NCBI GenBank assembly: GCA_002633005.1
Contig: NMRA01000068.1
Coordinates: 1,097,148-1,161,147 of the forward strand
Direction of reading: 5' to 3'
Length of the DNA stretch: 64,000 nucleotides
From: Phoronis australis
Taxonomy: Eukaryota; Animalia; Phoronida
This document shows, one piece after another, positions 1 to 11,305 of this stretch (the stretch's first letter is position 1; each line of letters opens with the position of its first letter). The notes under the pieces were generated by a model. That model made no database searches. It worked only from the letters and a program-made list of their open reading frames with translations, and was not told the origin of the DNA. The translations under genes were made by a program, and so were the position numbers.

Positions 1-319
1 ACAAATGCACAATTTACTACATTACAGTAGTTGCAAACACTAGTGGATCACAAACCGGTAATTAAAAGTTGAATGAATGTTAACATGGCCGATTGAGTAG
101 TGCGTGGCTGGTGCAACTAGACTGGCAGTGATAATACATTCATGTGCAATCGGGGGTCAACTCTGATTTAGAAAAATAAGACAAAAACTGCATTCCATCA
201 ACCCAAGACACTCGCAAGAATAGCTAACTGTGTGATCATGTGTTTCAGCAGTAATGCATGGCAACATCTAGTGAGGTTTTGCATGATCTCGCATTTTCAC
301 GAGTTTCTTGGGTCTACAG

Positions 320-550
320 AACGCAGCCAAAGCTGGAGCAACATGAGTGGATTAGGAGCAACATTGAGTTGGCGCAGTATCGAGTGTGACGCCGAATGGC
401 AAAGTGTGGAAATGAGTTGGTGTAGGTTGAAGTGGATTGGTGTACTTTGGAGTGGAATGGTGTAATTTGGATTGGTATAATTTGGAGAGGATTGGTGTAG
501 TTTGGAGTGCACGTGGAGCCCAATGTATTGGTGCAGTGGATTGGTGTTCT
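320..550. repeat. Degenerate TGGA/TTGG-rich low-complexity tandem repeat
   Basis: Recurrent ttggag/tggattgg/ggtgta units in a CNOT7 intron. Confidence 0.55.
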
Positions 551-1153
551 CATTTTGAAAGATTTAAGTTGTCATGCAGGAATTTACAAAAAATATGGTG
601 ACCATCAGTCGTTGCAATTACATAGACAAAATACTTGGTAATCATTAATGGCAGAACATTTATCGCAATAATATTGCCAATAGTAAGCTTCCATGACTTA
701 ACCATTATGATCAAAGTTTTACTGAAATTATCATCGCGTTTGTCTTGCGGAATAGCCAGATGCAGTGGCAGACAAAAAATTGCGTCCTTTTCAATTTTCT
801 TGCATATTTTAGTGATTGGGTAGCCTTAATACCAACACTGAATTGTGTGTGCATTTTTCAAGAAAAATTGTCTGTACAAATGAAACCTTGTGAAGCCATT
901 TGTAAATAGTACTATTTGCGTACAATTGTCACGTCCAAAATATGACACTCTGGAAGGCTTCAATTAGGCAAGCTGTTTGTATTTCCCAGGTTGAAAATTG
1001 CTTGAAAACCAGTTTTAGTTTAAGTTAAAGTCAGACTACATCCACAGGTACGATTTTCCAGATCAAATAAATAAAATCCAGATCAAAATTTTCCAACCCA
1101 GTGGTTGTTATGTCAAACCATGAAGTGTTACAATAATCAATACCCCTGCTTAC

Positions 1154-1315
1154 CTGTGAAAGGAAAGCCACTTAATGTGGTCACACAGCACAAGGCCAGA
1201 GGTAGTCAGAAGCTCAGCAAAGTCGTTCACATCTATACCTTCCTCCAGATGGCGCTGGAACTGAATGCCCGAGTTCTGTAACAGGTCTATAGAGTCCTGA
1301 GCGTACATATCCTCC
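1154..1315 (-). CDS. CNOT7: CNOT7/8 coding exon 3; gene continues beyond the window start
   Basis: tgcag acceptor; EDMYAQDSIDLLQNSGIQFQRHLEEGIDVNDFAELLTTSGLVLCDHIKWLSFH; 162 nt, AG|gtaagc donor. The following GYDFGY exon was not found in 1-1150. Confidence 0.96.
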
Positions 1316-1624
1316 CTGCAATAATAATCATAGACGGCATGCCAGTAGAATGAAGCTGAGAGGACCAAAAACAATTGCAAATAATTTTACATACTTGTAG
1401 AATGTCAAACAGCAAGAACATTGACACAGTGACTGTCAACAGTGCAACTAACATTCAAGCAAATAAATGAGCAATTGCAGGATGTTGCTGTTTAGAAAAT
1501 CCGGAGCTATCAGTCAGATGTCATGCTCTTAGCCCATGAGGGTTGAATGTACATTACATCTCAGCCTGGTAGTAATACAACGTGAACAAATGGAGTCTAC
1601 ATTAATGGAGAATCATTATACGTT

Positions 1625-1785
1625 TAGGTCACGCCAGCCATGTCTATGACCACAAGACTCGTTGCATGAGTAGGTCATGCCAGCCATGTCTATGACAAGA
1701 CTCTTTGTATGAGAAGGTCATGTCTGCAATGTTTATCAACAAGAGACTCACTGTAGGAGTATGAGTATTCCATTGCCAGTCATGT
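1625..1785. repeat. About 45-bp minisatellite, 3-4 decaying copies
   Basis: aggtca(c/t)gccagccatgtctatgac...agactc repeated. Confidence 0.7.
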
Positions 1786-1995
1786 TTGTGGTAACACAAC
1801 AGTTACTACACAAATTCTTAAAAGTTAGAACCCTATACATGGAATGGAAAGCCAACTCCCACAGATAACCTATGTATTCTATTATTTAGAGCTTGCGAAT
1901 GAAGTTGGCATTCCAGGTCTAGAGCTCTGTGACGTGATAAATCATAACATAGTTGAATGCTTCAAGCTGTCACAGACATTTCCTCCCTTACGTAC

Positions 1996-2189
1996 GTTAA
2001 ACTGAACGTAAAGTTGAACTGCCATGTGGAATGAGGTTGCGGTGATTGTCCATTTTCGTCCAGGAAGGTGATGCCCAGCTGTATTATCTTCAACAAGTTA
2101 ACATTACATCGCAGTAACTGGTATTGGTAGTCAGAGGTGCTGCGAAACTCACCAATAGGTCGCGCTACTACACCAGGGAACTCAGTGTC
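1996..2189 (-). CDS. CNOT7: CNOT7/8 coding exon 2 (catalytic DTE motif)
   Basis: tttcag acceptor; DTEFPGVVARPIGEFRSTSDYQYQLLRCNVNLLKIIQLGITFLDENGQSPQPHSTWQFNFTFSL; 194 nt, ends AC|gtacgt (phase 2). Not in the ORF track. Confidence 0.97.
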
Positions 2190-2666
2190 CTGAAATCAGA
2201 CAGTTTGGGGCATTTAAAAATACTAGCCATTTTAATAGACCAAATTTAACCTAAAAACATGTCAAAGAGTTACAGCGAGGATTAAGATGATTTGAACAGT
2301 AAGACTACACTGAGCCTACATCTTAAACTAGTATATATCAGGCTAATTCCTAAAGCTATCTTCCAATCATGTGACACAAGTTTAAACAGACAATGCACAC
2401 TTTTGGTGTCTCTTAAATTCTCATTGTTCATACACAGGAACAAAATGACAGGAGTTTTTGGAGATGAATTCTTAATACAGGTAGACAATCACCAGGAAAT
2501 GGTTGTTTCAAGTGTCTAAGAGTGTGTTCACTAGAACCAAACATGGATGTTTAAAATGTAATTACAGAAATGCAAGGGTGTGTATTTACACAACACAAGC
2601 ATTAATAAGATATATGTAATAGACAATGCAGATGTAACAGTCACATATAGGATGAAGGATACACAC

Positions 2667-2795
2667 CATAGCAATGTAATGATATGTTTGGGCCAACTGC
2701 CGCACATTTTTAAACTCTTCTTCTAAGTTGCTTTTCCACACATCTTTAATGCCAAAATCAGGTGGTCCAGGCTGTTGCAGTGCAATGGAGGGCAT
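2667..2795 (-). CDS. CNOT7: CCR4-NOT deadenylase subunit CAF1/POP2 (CNOT7/8), first coding exon
   Basis: ATG at 2795; MPSIALQQPGPPDFGIKDVWKSNLEEEFKNVRQLAQTYHYIAM then GT donor, phase 0. Matches the CAF1 N-terminus (I.dVW..NLeeEf......y.yiAM|DTEFPG). Confidence 0.95.
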
Positions 2796-2880
2796 CTTCA
2801 GTATAAGTCATTGAGTGGATATCTGGATCAATGGAGGAAACTCAATCAATTGCAGAGTATAATAAGCACATCTTCAATAC
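2796..2880 (-). other. CNOT7: Probable 5' UTR part of the first coding exon of CNOT7/8
   Basis: Pyrimidine-rich acceptor ttttcactcttggtccag ending at 2881 on the - strand, 85 nt upstream of the ATG. Confidence 0.55.
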
Positions 2881-3267
2881 CTGGACCAAGAGTGAAAACT
2901 CAGTTACAGGGTATCTTCTGTCAAGAATTGAAAAGTCACAGTTCAAGTTATCTATCTGTACCCACAAAGCTTTTTGTTAAAACAATTCCTCAGATTTCCT
3001 TAGCAGTATTTGACACAAGTATACATGTCAATTCAATAGTTAATATTAGTATGACTACAGTGAAAATCTCAGTACAGTAACCACGTTGAATTACAATTCA
3101 GCTGTGTAGTTTGCATGGCCTGCTGGAGCATGTCCATACTTTCACATGCCAGTTCCAAACCATTGGTCAAAATAAGGTGCTACTGAGAAACTGCTAGTAT
3201 GTGACATGTCTGAAGTGTCTAAAGTTTTCAAGTCTAAAGTTTCTTCTTTAATCTGACCATGTGCATA

Positions 3268-3882
3268 CCGTATTCGCCCTAATAAGCGCCCATGCCCCTA
3301 TAAGTGCCCCCCCATGCGCAGGCCTTTATCCAGGATTTCGAAAATAGGGTGTCCAAAATGGGGTTCCCAATATTCCAAGGGCGTCCATGATTTCGACGCG
3401 TAACCCCCCCCACCCCCAGCAATCCTCCTAACCAAACAGACCAAGGTTTTTACAATGCTATCAACCAAGTGTGAGCATAGCAACATTGTATATACTTTGT
3501 ATATACATTGTATATTTCTTCCTGCTTTGAAAAAAGAGCCACCACTGTGAGTCTCTATAGGCTTCCTAGTAATCATTACAATGTGTGTATCCAAACTTGA
3601 AAGCTTCCTATTGATAGTGGGCGTCCAAATGATAGATTGGGCGTCCTTGCCAGGGCATCCATATTAGTGCTAGGGCGTCTATTTAGATGCCCAGGACCTA
3701 CACTGCATAAAGGTCTGACCATGCGTTTTCAGACTTCACTAAAATAAGTGCCCAGTCCATGAACATGTACATGCGAAAAATGCCTAAACTACAGTTCTAA
3801 AATTCTACAGTAACGTCTTCAATTATCAATAAGATCCAACAGTCCTGAAGAAAGTCATTGAGCGCGGAATTTGTAGACCACT
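3268..3882. mobile_element. Truncated pogo/Tc1-mariner-type non-autonomous element (left end), host of nested insertions
   Basis: TA|CCGTATTCGCCCTAATAAGCGCCC terminus with repeated ataag(c/t)gccc subterminal motifs (also near 3745). The matching right TIR was not found. Confidence 0.55.
3319..3717. mobile_element. hAT-type MITE
   Basis: TIRs CAGGCCTTTATCCAG / CTGCATAAAGGTCTG (13/15 match); 8-bp TSD cccatgcg / accatgcg (7/8). Confidence 0.8.
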
Positions 3883-6031
3883 CAGTGTTCTCCACATCCG
3901 AAAATCTTAACAGGTCGCACGCATAAAAACTGCAATGTGCCGGAACCGCGCGGCAGCCAACATTCTCCATAAGCTAGTGTGCAGTTTTTTTGTACACCTT
4001 ATTTTTACCCACGCATTTTAATAGTAATGCACAGTAGTGCAAATAAATAACTGTGTTTATTCAACTTTTTATTTGTAAAAGTTAGCCTTATTTACAAACA
4101 TATCACATATGTCATAACCCATTTGCTTAGTCAATGAATTTGAAATGGAAGTCTACAGAGGTGTTTGATACACTAGTGTGGAGGTTTTAGGCTACTCAAT
4201 AATTGTGATGTCAATGTCAACTAAGTACAAAAAGTCTAACACAGAAGTAAACTTTTCCCATGAAGTGGGCAGTCCAAGTGAAGTGTCTTTGCAAAGTCAG
4301 TCACATTTTTAATTTTAGGTCTTGATAGCAGAGTCTACGTTTTCCCTGGGTTTGTAAGTGTAATGTCTTGCACAGCATTCTTATAGTCTGAATTCGATGT
4401 TCTGAAGCTGGTACAACATACTGAACTTCTGCACCACCAGAACTCTTGTAAAAAATTCACAATATGCGAGTTCTCTCTTATGAATGCAAATTAGGTAGGG
4501 TAAACAAAACAATTCACGTGCGTTTCCATCTACTTGGACGGGAGTGTTAGGCCTGTTGATGACAACCAATATTTCTAAAAAGATATCAATTGAATTATCA
4601 AATGCTTTCAACTATGGAATTCCCATAATTTTCAGGATTGTCACAAACTCATTTTCCAGATGAAAACCATCTATTCTTAAGTTAGAGCAAATTGTATTCA
4701 TTTGTATTGCCGATGTTTGACGTTGTCGGCAAAAATTCGGTTCACCGTTCATGACACGGATATTTGCGATCCGTTGACCGAGCCCGGCAATATCACCATC
4801 ACCCAGCCCTGGATTATCTGTCGTATTTGCATCTGAGTCAACGTCAGTATCTGAAACATCTCTCGGTTTTTAAAATAATCCTTAGGTTTAGCGGTGCTTC
4901 GCTTTCGTGCGGCAGACGACATTTCTAAGTATGTAGAATGCGCAAGTCAATAGGTAACGGAAGCCAGGATAGAATTCACTAACGTAAGGACCAAGCTAGG
5001 TAAACAAGACTCTGCGAGATTACGCGAGATATTACCGCTTGATTTCAATGAGATCACGTGATTTTGGCTGCAATTTCTCAGCGCGAGACACGTATATTTT
5101 GAACTTTACTCAGTGACGTCACCCGCTGTCCCAAATCTCAGAATACTCCCCTGAAACCGCAAACGTGACGCACGGCTACTATTGAGGTTGTCAACGGCTT
5201 GGCAGATTTTTATAGGGAGTATGCACCACAAATGTAATGTTCATGCTGCCAACAAAACTCCTTATAAGGCAACAAGATGAACTCGGTCACTCTCAATGGG
5301 CCGGTGGCACCAAAAGAAACCAATAATATTCATCTAAGTGAGAAATACACAAACAACAAACAATGAGTGCCATCAAAAGCAGTTTCATGCAAATATTTTT
5401 GAGACTAGTATCGGTAAAGTCTGTGCCGTGGGGCCCACGGAATATTGAAAAATGAGCTACGAAAACCAATTAAAATTCTGGCCCTCCCAGAAGACGGCCG
5501 TTGCATAAACTGCTACGCAATGGTGTCTGCTGACAACATATACTTCGCAGAACTAACCAGCAGAACTAACCACGGAGCCGTAGTTATTTTCAATGGGTAA
5601 TATGATCAGTTGTCCGCCGAACACAAAAAGCCAATAGGCCTAACGCAACGATCTGCGACTTTCGTGATGGACTGCACCTCCAGTGAACAGGTAGTGGATT
5701 AGGTGTATAGGTAGCACTGGGCCTTTGTTTAAACTGACTAGTAGTTCGAGATGAATTGAAAAGGTAATTGAGAGATTATTTACACGCCGCATTACACCAT
5801 AAATAGACAAGCGGCCCGGTCTGTCGCTTGAGTGGGACCGGTGATTAGGCTGTCTACAACTGACCACTTCCTTAGCTTTATTCAGTTTTAATGGGCTATG
5901 GGCAGTTGCTGTCAAGCCTAATTTGAAACTGGTCGCAGGACTTTTAAACAGGACGCTGGATTTTTAAACAGGATGCGCGCTCGGCCAAACAGGACGCTGC
6001 GACACATTAAAAGTGGTCGTGGAGAACACTG
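3883..6031 (-). mobile_element. Internally deleted hAT-like DNA transposon with decayed transposase fragments
   Basis: Perfect 13-bp TIRs CAGTGTTCTCCAC / GTGGAGAACACTG; subterminal caggacgc/caggtcgc repeats; broken - strand ORF starting MSSAARKRSTAKPKDYFK (~4922) with an LFCLPYLIC zinc-finger-like remnant. No TSD detected. Confidence 0.7.
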
Positions 6032-6879
6032 CTATGGTCTTGTTCAATGTAGACTGGTGAATTGCTGTACTGTGCGATGTAATGAAACGTAGACATGAGC
6101 TTTTTCTTCATGTCATTTCGAATGCAACTTCATTATCTTCTCATAATTTTAAATGGTTTCTCAACTGCATTAAAGTAGTACACTTCTCCTCAGAGCTTCA
6201 AGATACATTGAGTCCTGTACTCATGCTGTGGATTATCAGTCTAACATGCAACTCTTCACGGATCATCTTGGAAAAAAATTTACAGATCTTGATTTTTGCT
6301 GACAATACTTACATCCTGAATGAATAAAAACCTTCTAATTTTTGTTTAGTTTCCCTCTGTTCCGTCCTTTGAACAAGAAAAAGACATGCAAACAGTGTGC
6401 TAAAATGCAAGGAAACGACCTTTTTTATATACATTACAATTTTTTCCTCAGCAGGTGGGGGAATCATCCCCCCATACCGACCTCCCCCATCAGCGCTGCA
6501 CTCCTCAGATACGTGCTTTGCACGACCCATCAGTCTCCCGAATTTGGACCACCAAATTTCAAATCCTAGATGAGTCCCTGCACCCAATACAGAATTATGG
6601 TCCATTTACGCCTTCTAACTATTACAGGTAACGTTTTGATTTCCAAACATATGTCCCAACTATCTTCTCCCTCTCCAGCGTGTCTACCGAGTACTGCACT
6701 ACTACTGTACTGGCTGAAAATAGTTACTGGTTTGGTAACAGTAGAGTCACGTTATGTGGCTAGGTCAAACATCAGGTGCAATTCAAAACACAGTTCAAAG
6801 TCATCAATCGCCATGGAAGTTTTCAAGTATATGAAAGAATTGTGATTCAACTAGAACTACAAATCGTTAACAACCATAC

Positions 6880-6943
6880 CTTTGAAACGAACAATTACTT
6901 GAATTTTTGACGACGATCCTTTGTAGAGAGTGAGTTGAGTATT
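6880..6943 (-). other. CNOT7: Candidate non-coding first exon of CNOT7/8
   Basis: AAAG|gtatgg donor at 6879-6878, immediately downstream of a ZNF143-like site in a CpG-richer segment. The 5' end is approximate. Confidence 0.45.
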
Positions 6944-6966
6944 CTAGCATGCTGGGTAATGATAGC
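6944..6966 (-). promoter_or_regulatory. ZNF143/Staf (SBS)-like promoter element
   Basis: - strand reads GCTATCATTACCCAGCATGCTAG, resembling ACTACNNTTCCCAGCATGC, a motif common at housekeeping promoters. Confidence 0.5.
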
Positions 6967-7299
6967 GCATTTGAATGACGTATTGCACAAATCTTTTACA
7001 ACAGCGACATCTGCGGGCATAAAATTGATTACTGCACGGAGATCGGAAAACAACCGGTAGCGCCCCGATCAATCGAGCGGTGAGTGAGTGAGTCATGCGC
7101 GTTCGTCCGCACCCAGCCTAACGGATATGGGGAAGGCTCAATTTTTTTGAGAAAATGGACCTTTCACTAAAAAAACGGGGTAAGGTCAGAGCATTCGCCG
7201 AATTTTGGTAGTTCCTGCCTTTTTGTGGACTTTTGTCTACTTTTTCATTTCAGCGTTCTGTCGTTCACTTTTCCAGACGTGAGGGGTGCTGAACGTGCA

Positions 7300-7745
7300 T
7301 CGGGACTAAACCCTCTTTGTGCATCGAATACGCAAGTCCAGCTCTTTATTGGGAAACCAAATTTAAAAAGCGCTTACCGGGGCGCTCTTTGTGCGTTGAC
7401 AACGCAAACTCGACATTTTTTATTGAGAAAACGCATTTTTACAAAAGAGAATCAGTTGTCTGGAACGTTTCATGTACGTCAACAACGCAAACCAAACCAA
7501 CTCATTGGAAAGCCCATGTTTGTCACCAGGAACACTCTTTTTTCACAACGCAGCCCGATATTTCAATTTTTCTTTTTTTAAATCCGTCACTTGCCGAGAA
7601 ATGTTTTTGAGCATCGGCGATGCAAGCCGAATATTTCATACTGAGAAAGTGCATTTTTGAAAGAAGAACCAACACTTGTCGGGAACGTTCTTTGTGCGTC
7701 AACAACACACATTTCTTATTGGGAAAGCCAGTTTTCAAAAATTAA
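7300..7745. repeat. Degenerate tandem/dispersed repeat (ctttgtgcgtcaacaacgcaa...ttattgggaaa)
   Basis: Four to five diverged copies of the motif, near 7315, 7387, 7470 and 7690. Confidence 0.55.
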
Positions 7746-8419
7746 TCGCGCAGACCGTTTGAGTCTCATTGACCAGCAATTATACTGCTATCAAATGACC
7801 GAGCCAGCAATGTCGATACTACGACCGCTAATCGAAATAATGTACACCCACGAAATTCGGACACGAGCGGAAACCCAATTTTGGTGGTCCGCTTAGTTCG
7901 GACACCACAAAAATGATGGTTAGCGATATTCATCCAAGAATGAGTTTTTTCCACTGGAATTAATTCTGAGTGTCCGAAAATCGCGCGACTTTACTGTAAG
8001 CATTTAGAAAAATTCATTTCACCACAAGACTTGCTACAATGATTATGCCAAGTTCGACTATTTTGCTAAAAATACTTTTATCAGAACGATCACACTTTGA
8101 GTTCGTGTTAGACAGCCAGGTAGTATTTGTCTTGTCGTCTTCTTATATCCAGTGCCAGAACAATGTGTACACAGAAGTTTCTTGAAATCCATTTCCATAA
8201 CACAGGCTCGATACCATGTTCTCCCATACGCGACAGCGTTTATCATGTTCATTTTCTATCCCATATTTACTATTAATGGGTCAACCAAATAAAAACTCCT
8301 GAAGATATCCTGTTGCTACGGCAACACTTCTCCATTCAACAGAAGCCATTATCACTCTCCAATAAAATGCATAAGAAAACAACTCGTAAGGTGGTTTGGG
8401 AATAAAACCAAACCTACAA

Positions 8420-8600
8420 TTGAATATCCAACACCGTGGATGGGGGTTTCATTCATTACTAATCAGAAAATCAAACACAGTGGGCCCTATGTTTCATTCT
8501 TCGCTAGTTAGAATATCCAAATATCCAACTCAGTGGACGCGGGGGAGGGGTTCACTCATTACTAGTTAGAATATACAACTCAGTGAACGGGGGTTTAGTA
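8420..8600. repeat. Three diverged copies of aatatccaac.cagtgga.ggggg.ttca.tcattactag
   Basis: Direct repeats visible near 8422, 8521 and 8570. Confidence 0.6.
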
Positions 8601-8660
8601 TCCCTTCAGACACCAGGCCTGAATATTACTTGCAAAGAAAAGTGTCCCAAAAGAACATGT

Positions 8661-8666
8661 TTTATT
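8661..8666 (-). terminator. Candidate polyadenylation signal of the four-TM gene
   Basis: AATAAA on the - strand about 650 nt after the stop codon. Confidence 0.45.
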
Positions 8667-9310
8667 TACAAATGTATCTTTGTTGTAAAAGGAATGTATT
8701 TTATAATATTGTCAAGCGGAATGTACAATCAATGACAGTATTGTGAGATTCTATTAATAATAATCATCACTCAGTTTATCAAATGAAGACATGGTAAGGC
8801 CCTGGCTCCAAACAGATGGACATACCATCCTTAGCTCAACAAAGCACCAACAGCCAGGAAATGTTAAAATAGCCAACTTCTGGAACTTTTCAGAGAAAAT
8901 AAATCCTAAGAAATGAGAAGACAAAAAATGTACAATTAAGTTTCCGCATTGAAATCCAGCAATGACCTAAAAGCAAAGACAGAAATCTCCTGCCATAATC
9001 TACAGAATAGCAAAACTCCCCTCTTTCAACTATGTCACACAATATAACATTCATGAGTGAAATAACAAGCTAATCCTTACCATAGTTCAGCAAACACAAG
9101 GTTGCCAAATACTGTCAACTATTCGGTCATGCAATATAAAATGTCCAAATACAAAATCAAAGTGTTCTGTATAGCTTATAAGTGTAAATATGGAACACCA
9201 TAACTCACGGTTTACATACAAAGACAATACATCCAGACTTTTTTCCTCAACTTTCACTTCAAAAGTTCACCAGTTTAAAAACAAAACTTAAGCTCTAAAC
9301 TTTTGGGACT

Positions 9311-9466
9311 TTATTTGGAGTTTTTATCGAAGGCTGGATTCCTGACCAACATGGTGGTAGAAGCCCTTGTAGATGAAGCAGGGGTGTATCCAGTGTTCTT
9401 CAGTCCAAACAGAAGGTCGTATTGAATCTCCCGCAGCCTGTGATAGACTGGGAACAGGCATGTCAC
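9311..9466 (-). CDS. Four-TM protein, terminal exon 6
   Basis: gctttag acceptor; VTCLFPVYHRLREIQYDLLFGLKNTGYTPASSTRASTTMLVRNPAFDKNSK-TAA. All six exons join in phase to give 200 aa. Confidence 0.82.
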   Translation of the reverse strand: MTCLFPVYHRLREIQYDLLFGLKNTGYTPASSTRASTTMLVRNPAFDKNSK

Positions 9467-9665
9467 CTAAAGCAACAAAGTACAGTCAGGTGAAGAAATA
9501 ACATGTTATGCTGTGTCAGACAATAGGCTCACATTAAAAAGCACTCCAGAAGCATATTAAGTACGTAACTGTTTAATGTTTTATTAAATACTAGAGCACA
9601 GAGTAAGGGCCAATATTGTTTATATACTACAGCAATGGGCAAAACAATAGAATCTGTTCACTTAC

Positions 9666-9722
9666 ATTTAGAATAAATCTCACAAGCCACTGCAGGAAAA
9701 GGAAACACAGGTAAGCCAGGTG
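9666..9722 (-). CDS. Four-TM protein, exon 5
   Basis: tttatttccag acceptor; HLAYLCFLFLQWLVRFILN|gtaagt. Confidence 0.85.
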
Positions 9723-10089
9723 CTGGAAATAAAGTCAAAAATCAAAACATATATATACATATGGATCATTTTCGTTGACTTATGGGTCAACACTCTCTGT
9801 ATGATGGGGCAGTTTTAACTATAGACAGACTTAGCAAGGCCTAAGAAGACTGGTCACCTCCATCCGTGACCAAAAACTGTCGATGACATTGTGATTTGAT
9901 GCTCATATGTATGATTTAATGTTCGTATACATGATATTTGTTCGCATGCGTGATCTTTGGGTTGGTATACATGATTCATGGGTTTGTATGCATGATTCAT
10001 GGTTTTAGAGGTAGTTCGTGCATAAGATGCAGTGCTTGTGTGTATGATTCTATGGTATCCCAGTGGAATCCATCCCAAAATGGAAAGAT

Positions 10090-10845
10090 GCATTGCAATC
10101 CCAACAGAAACTAGTTAACCAAATTTCAATATAAACCATCAAAGAACTCTGAAGATACAGAGGCAAATGTAAAAACCAAAATTGCCACTAGCGGGTACAG
10201 TGGTAGTCACAACCGTCAAAAAGTCGTAGGCAGCTGTAGTCCCATTCATAGTACAGCACATGCAAAATTTCACAACGATCCTTCAAAGGAGAAACAGCCA
10301 AGGATGCAAATAAAAGAACGTTGCCACCAGGAGTTGCCACAGTGGTCACAATCATCCAAAAATCAACATTAACTCATCAGGAACACATCTGGCAAGTTTT
10401 TTAAATGATCCTTCAAGTAGTTCGGCAGATAAAAAGGGGGGGGGGCGTCAAAAAATGGACTCGGAAAAAAGCCACTAAATGATGCAAAAATACATCCAAT
10501 CAATAAGAAAATGGAAGACTATCACCATTTCCTTAATAGAAACCTATTTGCCAAATTTCATGAAAATCCATTGATGAACTTCACAGATACAGAGGCAAAC
10601 TAGGGGGCACAGAAGTAGTCGAATGAGTCTGAAACTCGTCATGCTGTGAGCTCCACAGACTCAGAGGTAAACGTAAAAAATAAAATTGCCTCTGAGGGCA
10701 CACCCCAAGTGGGATCCATCCGAACATTCGGTCATGCCATCGCATCCATAGTAGGAACATGTCTGCAAAATTTCATCAACATCCATCAAGGGGCTGATGG
10801 CGGAAGACACACACACGCACACGCACACACAAACACACACACAGA
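10090..10845 (-). mobile_element. Decayed Helentron/HINE-like element with ~150-bp internal monomers
   Basis: Repeated gccac(t/c)ag and aaatttca...atcc motifs, reverse-complementary to the 50.8-53.6 kb array; ends in a (CA)n tract. Confidence 0.5.
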
Positions 10846-10887
10846 TATATATGTGCCAGTGAATGCACCACATGTGTGTTTGTGTGC

Positions 10888-10940
<53 letters not shown>
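10807..10940. repeat. (CA)n and (TG)n microsatellites
   Basis: Imperfect CA tract at 10807-10842 and long TG tract at 10873-10940. Confidence 0.95.
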
Positions 10941-10941
<1 letters not shown>

Positions 10942-11188
10942 ATGAAAAAGTCACTTCAGACATTTATGTCCGAAATTGGCAAGCTTTTAATGCAAAGTTT
11001 CTAAAGGCAAAATCAAAATAAAAACTGTTTTCTTCAAAAACTGGTGGTTGGAGTTAATGGCTTACATATCTGTACACTTTCTTTGATGGTTGAAATCTTT
11101 AATCTTTGGAAAGTGAAAAACGTTCAAAGTAATCCAGTTAAAATCTACTATGACACATCTATAGTTTTTAGCATGTCATAAAACTCAC

Positions 11189-11305
11189 CCAGATGTTGGG
11201 TCCATACCACGTATATTGATACAATGAACAGCCCAACTCAATCAGAATGTAACACAACATCAGAAGAAGCCAGAACTTCAAAGTCTGGTGCATGTTTGAA
11301 TAGTC
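11189..11305 (-). CDS. Four-TM protein, exon 4
   Basis: actttcag acceptor; DYSNMHQTLKFWLLLMLCYILIELGCSLYQYTWYGPNIW|gtgagt. Confidence 0.85.

Noticed and set aside
9324-9466. Alternative frame of the terminal exon reading ...HWIHPCFIYKGFYHHVGQESSLR, resembling glycosyltransferase HVG..SSL motifs
   Set aside because: It needs a phase-1 junction, but upstream exon 5 ends in phase 0, and no other glycosyltransferase exons were found.
10646-10963. ORFs with HT/CV dipeptide runs
   Set aside because: Translations of the CA/TG microsatellites.
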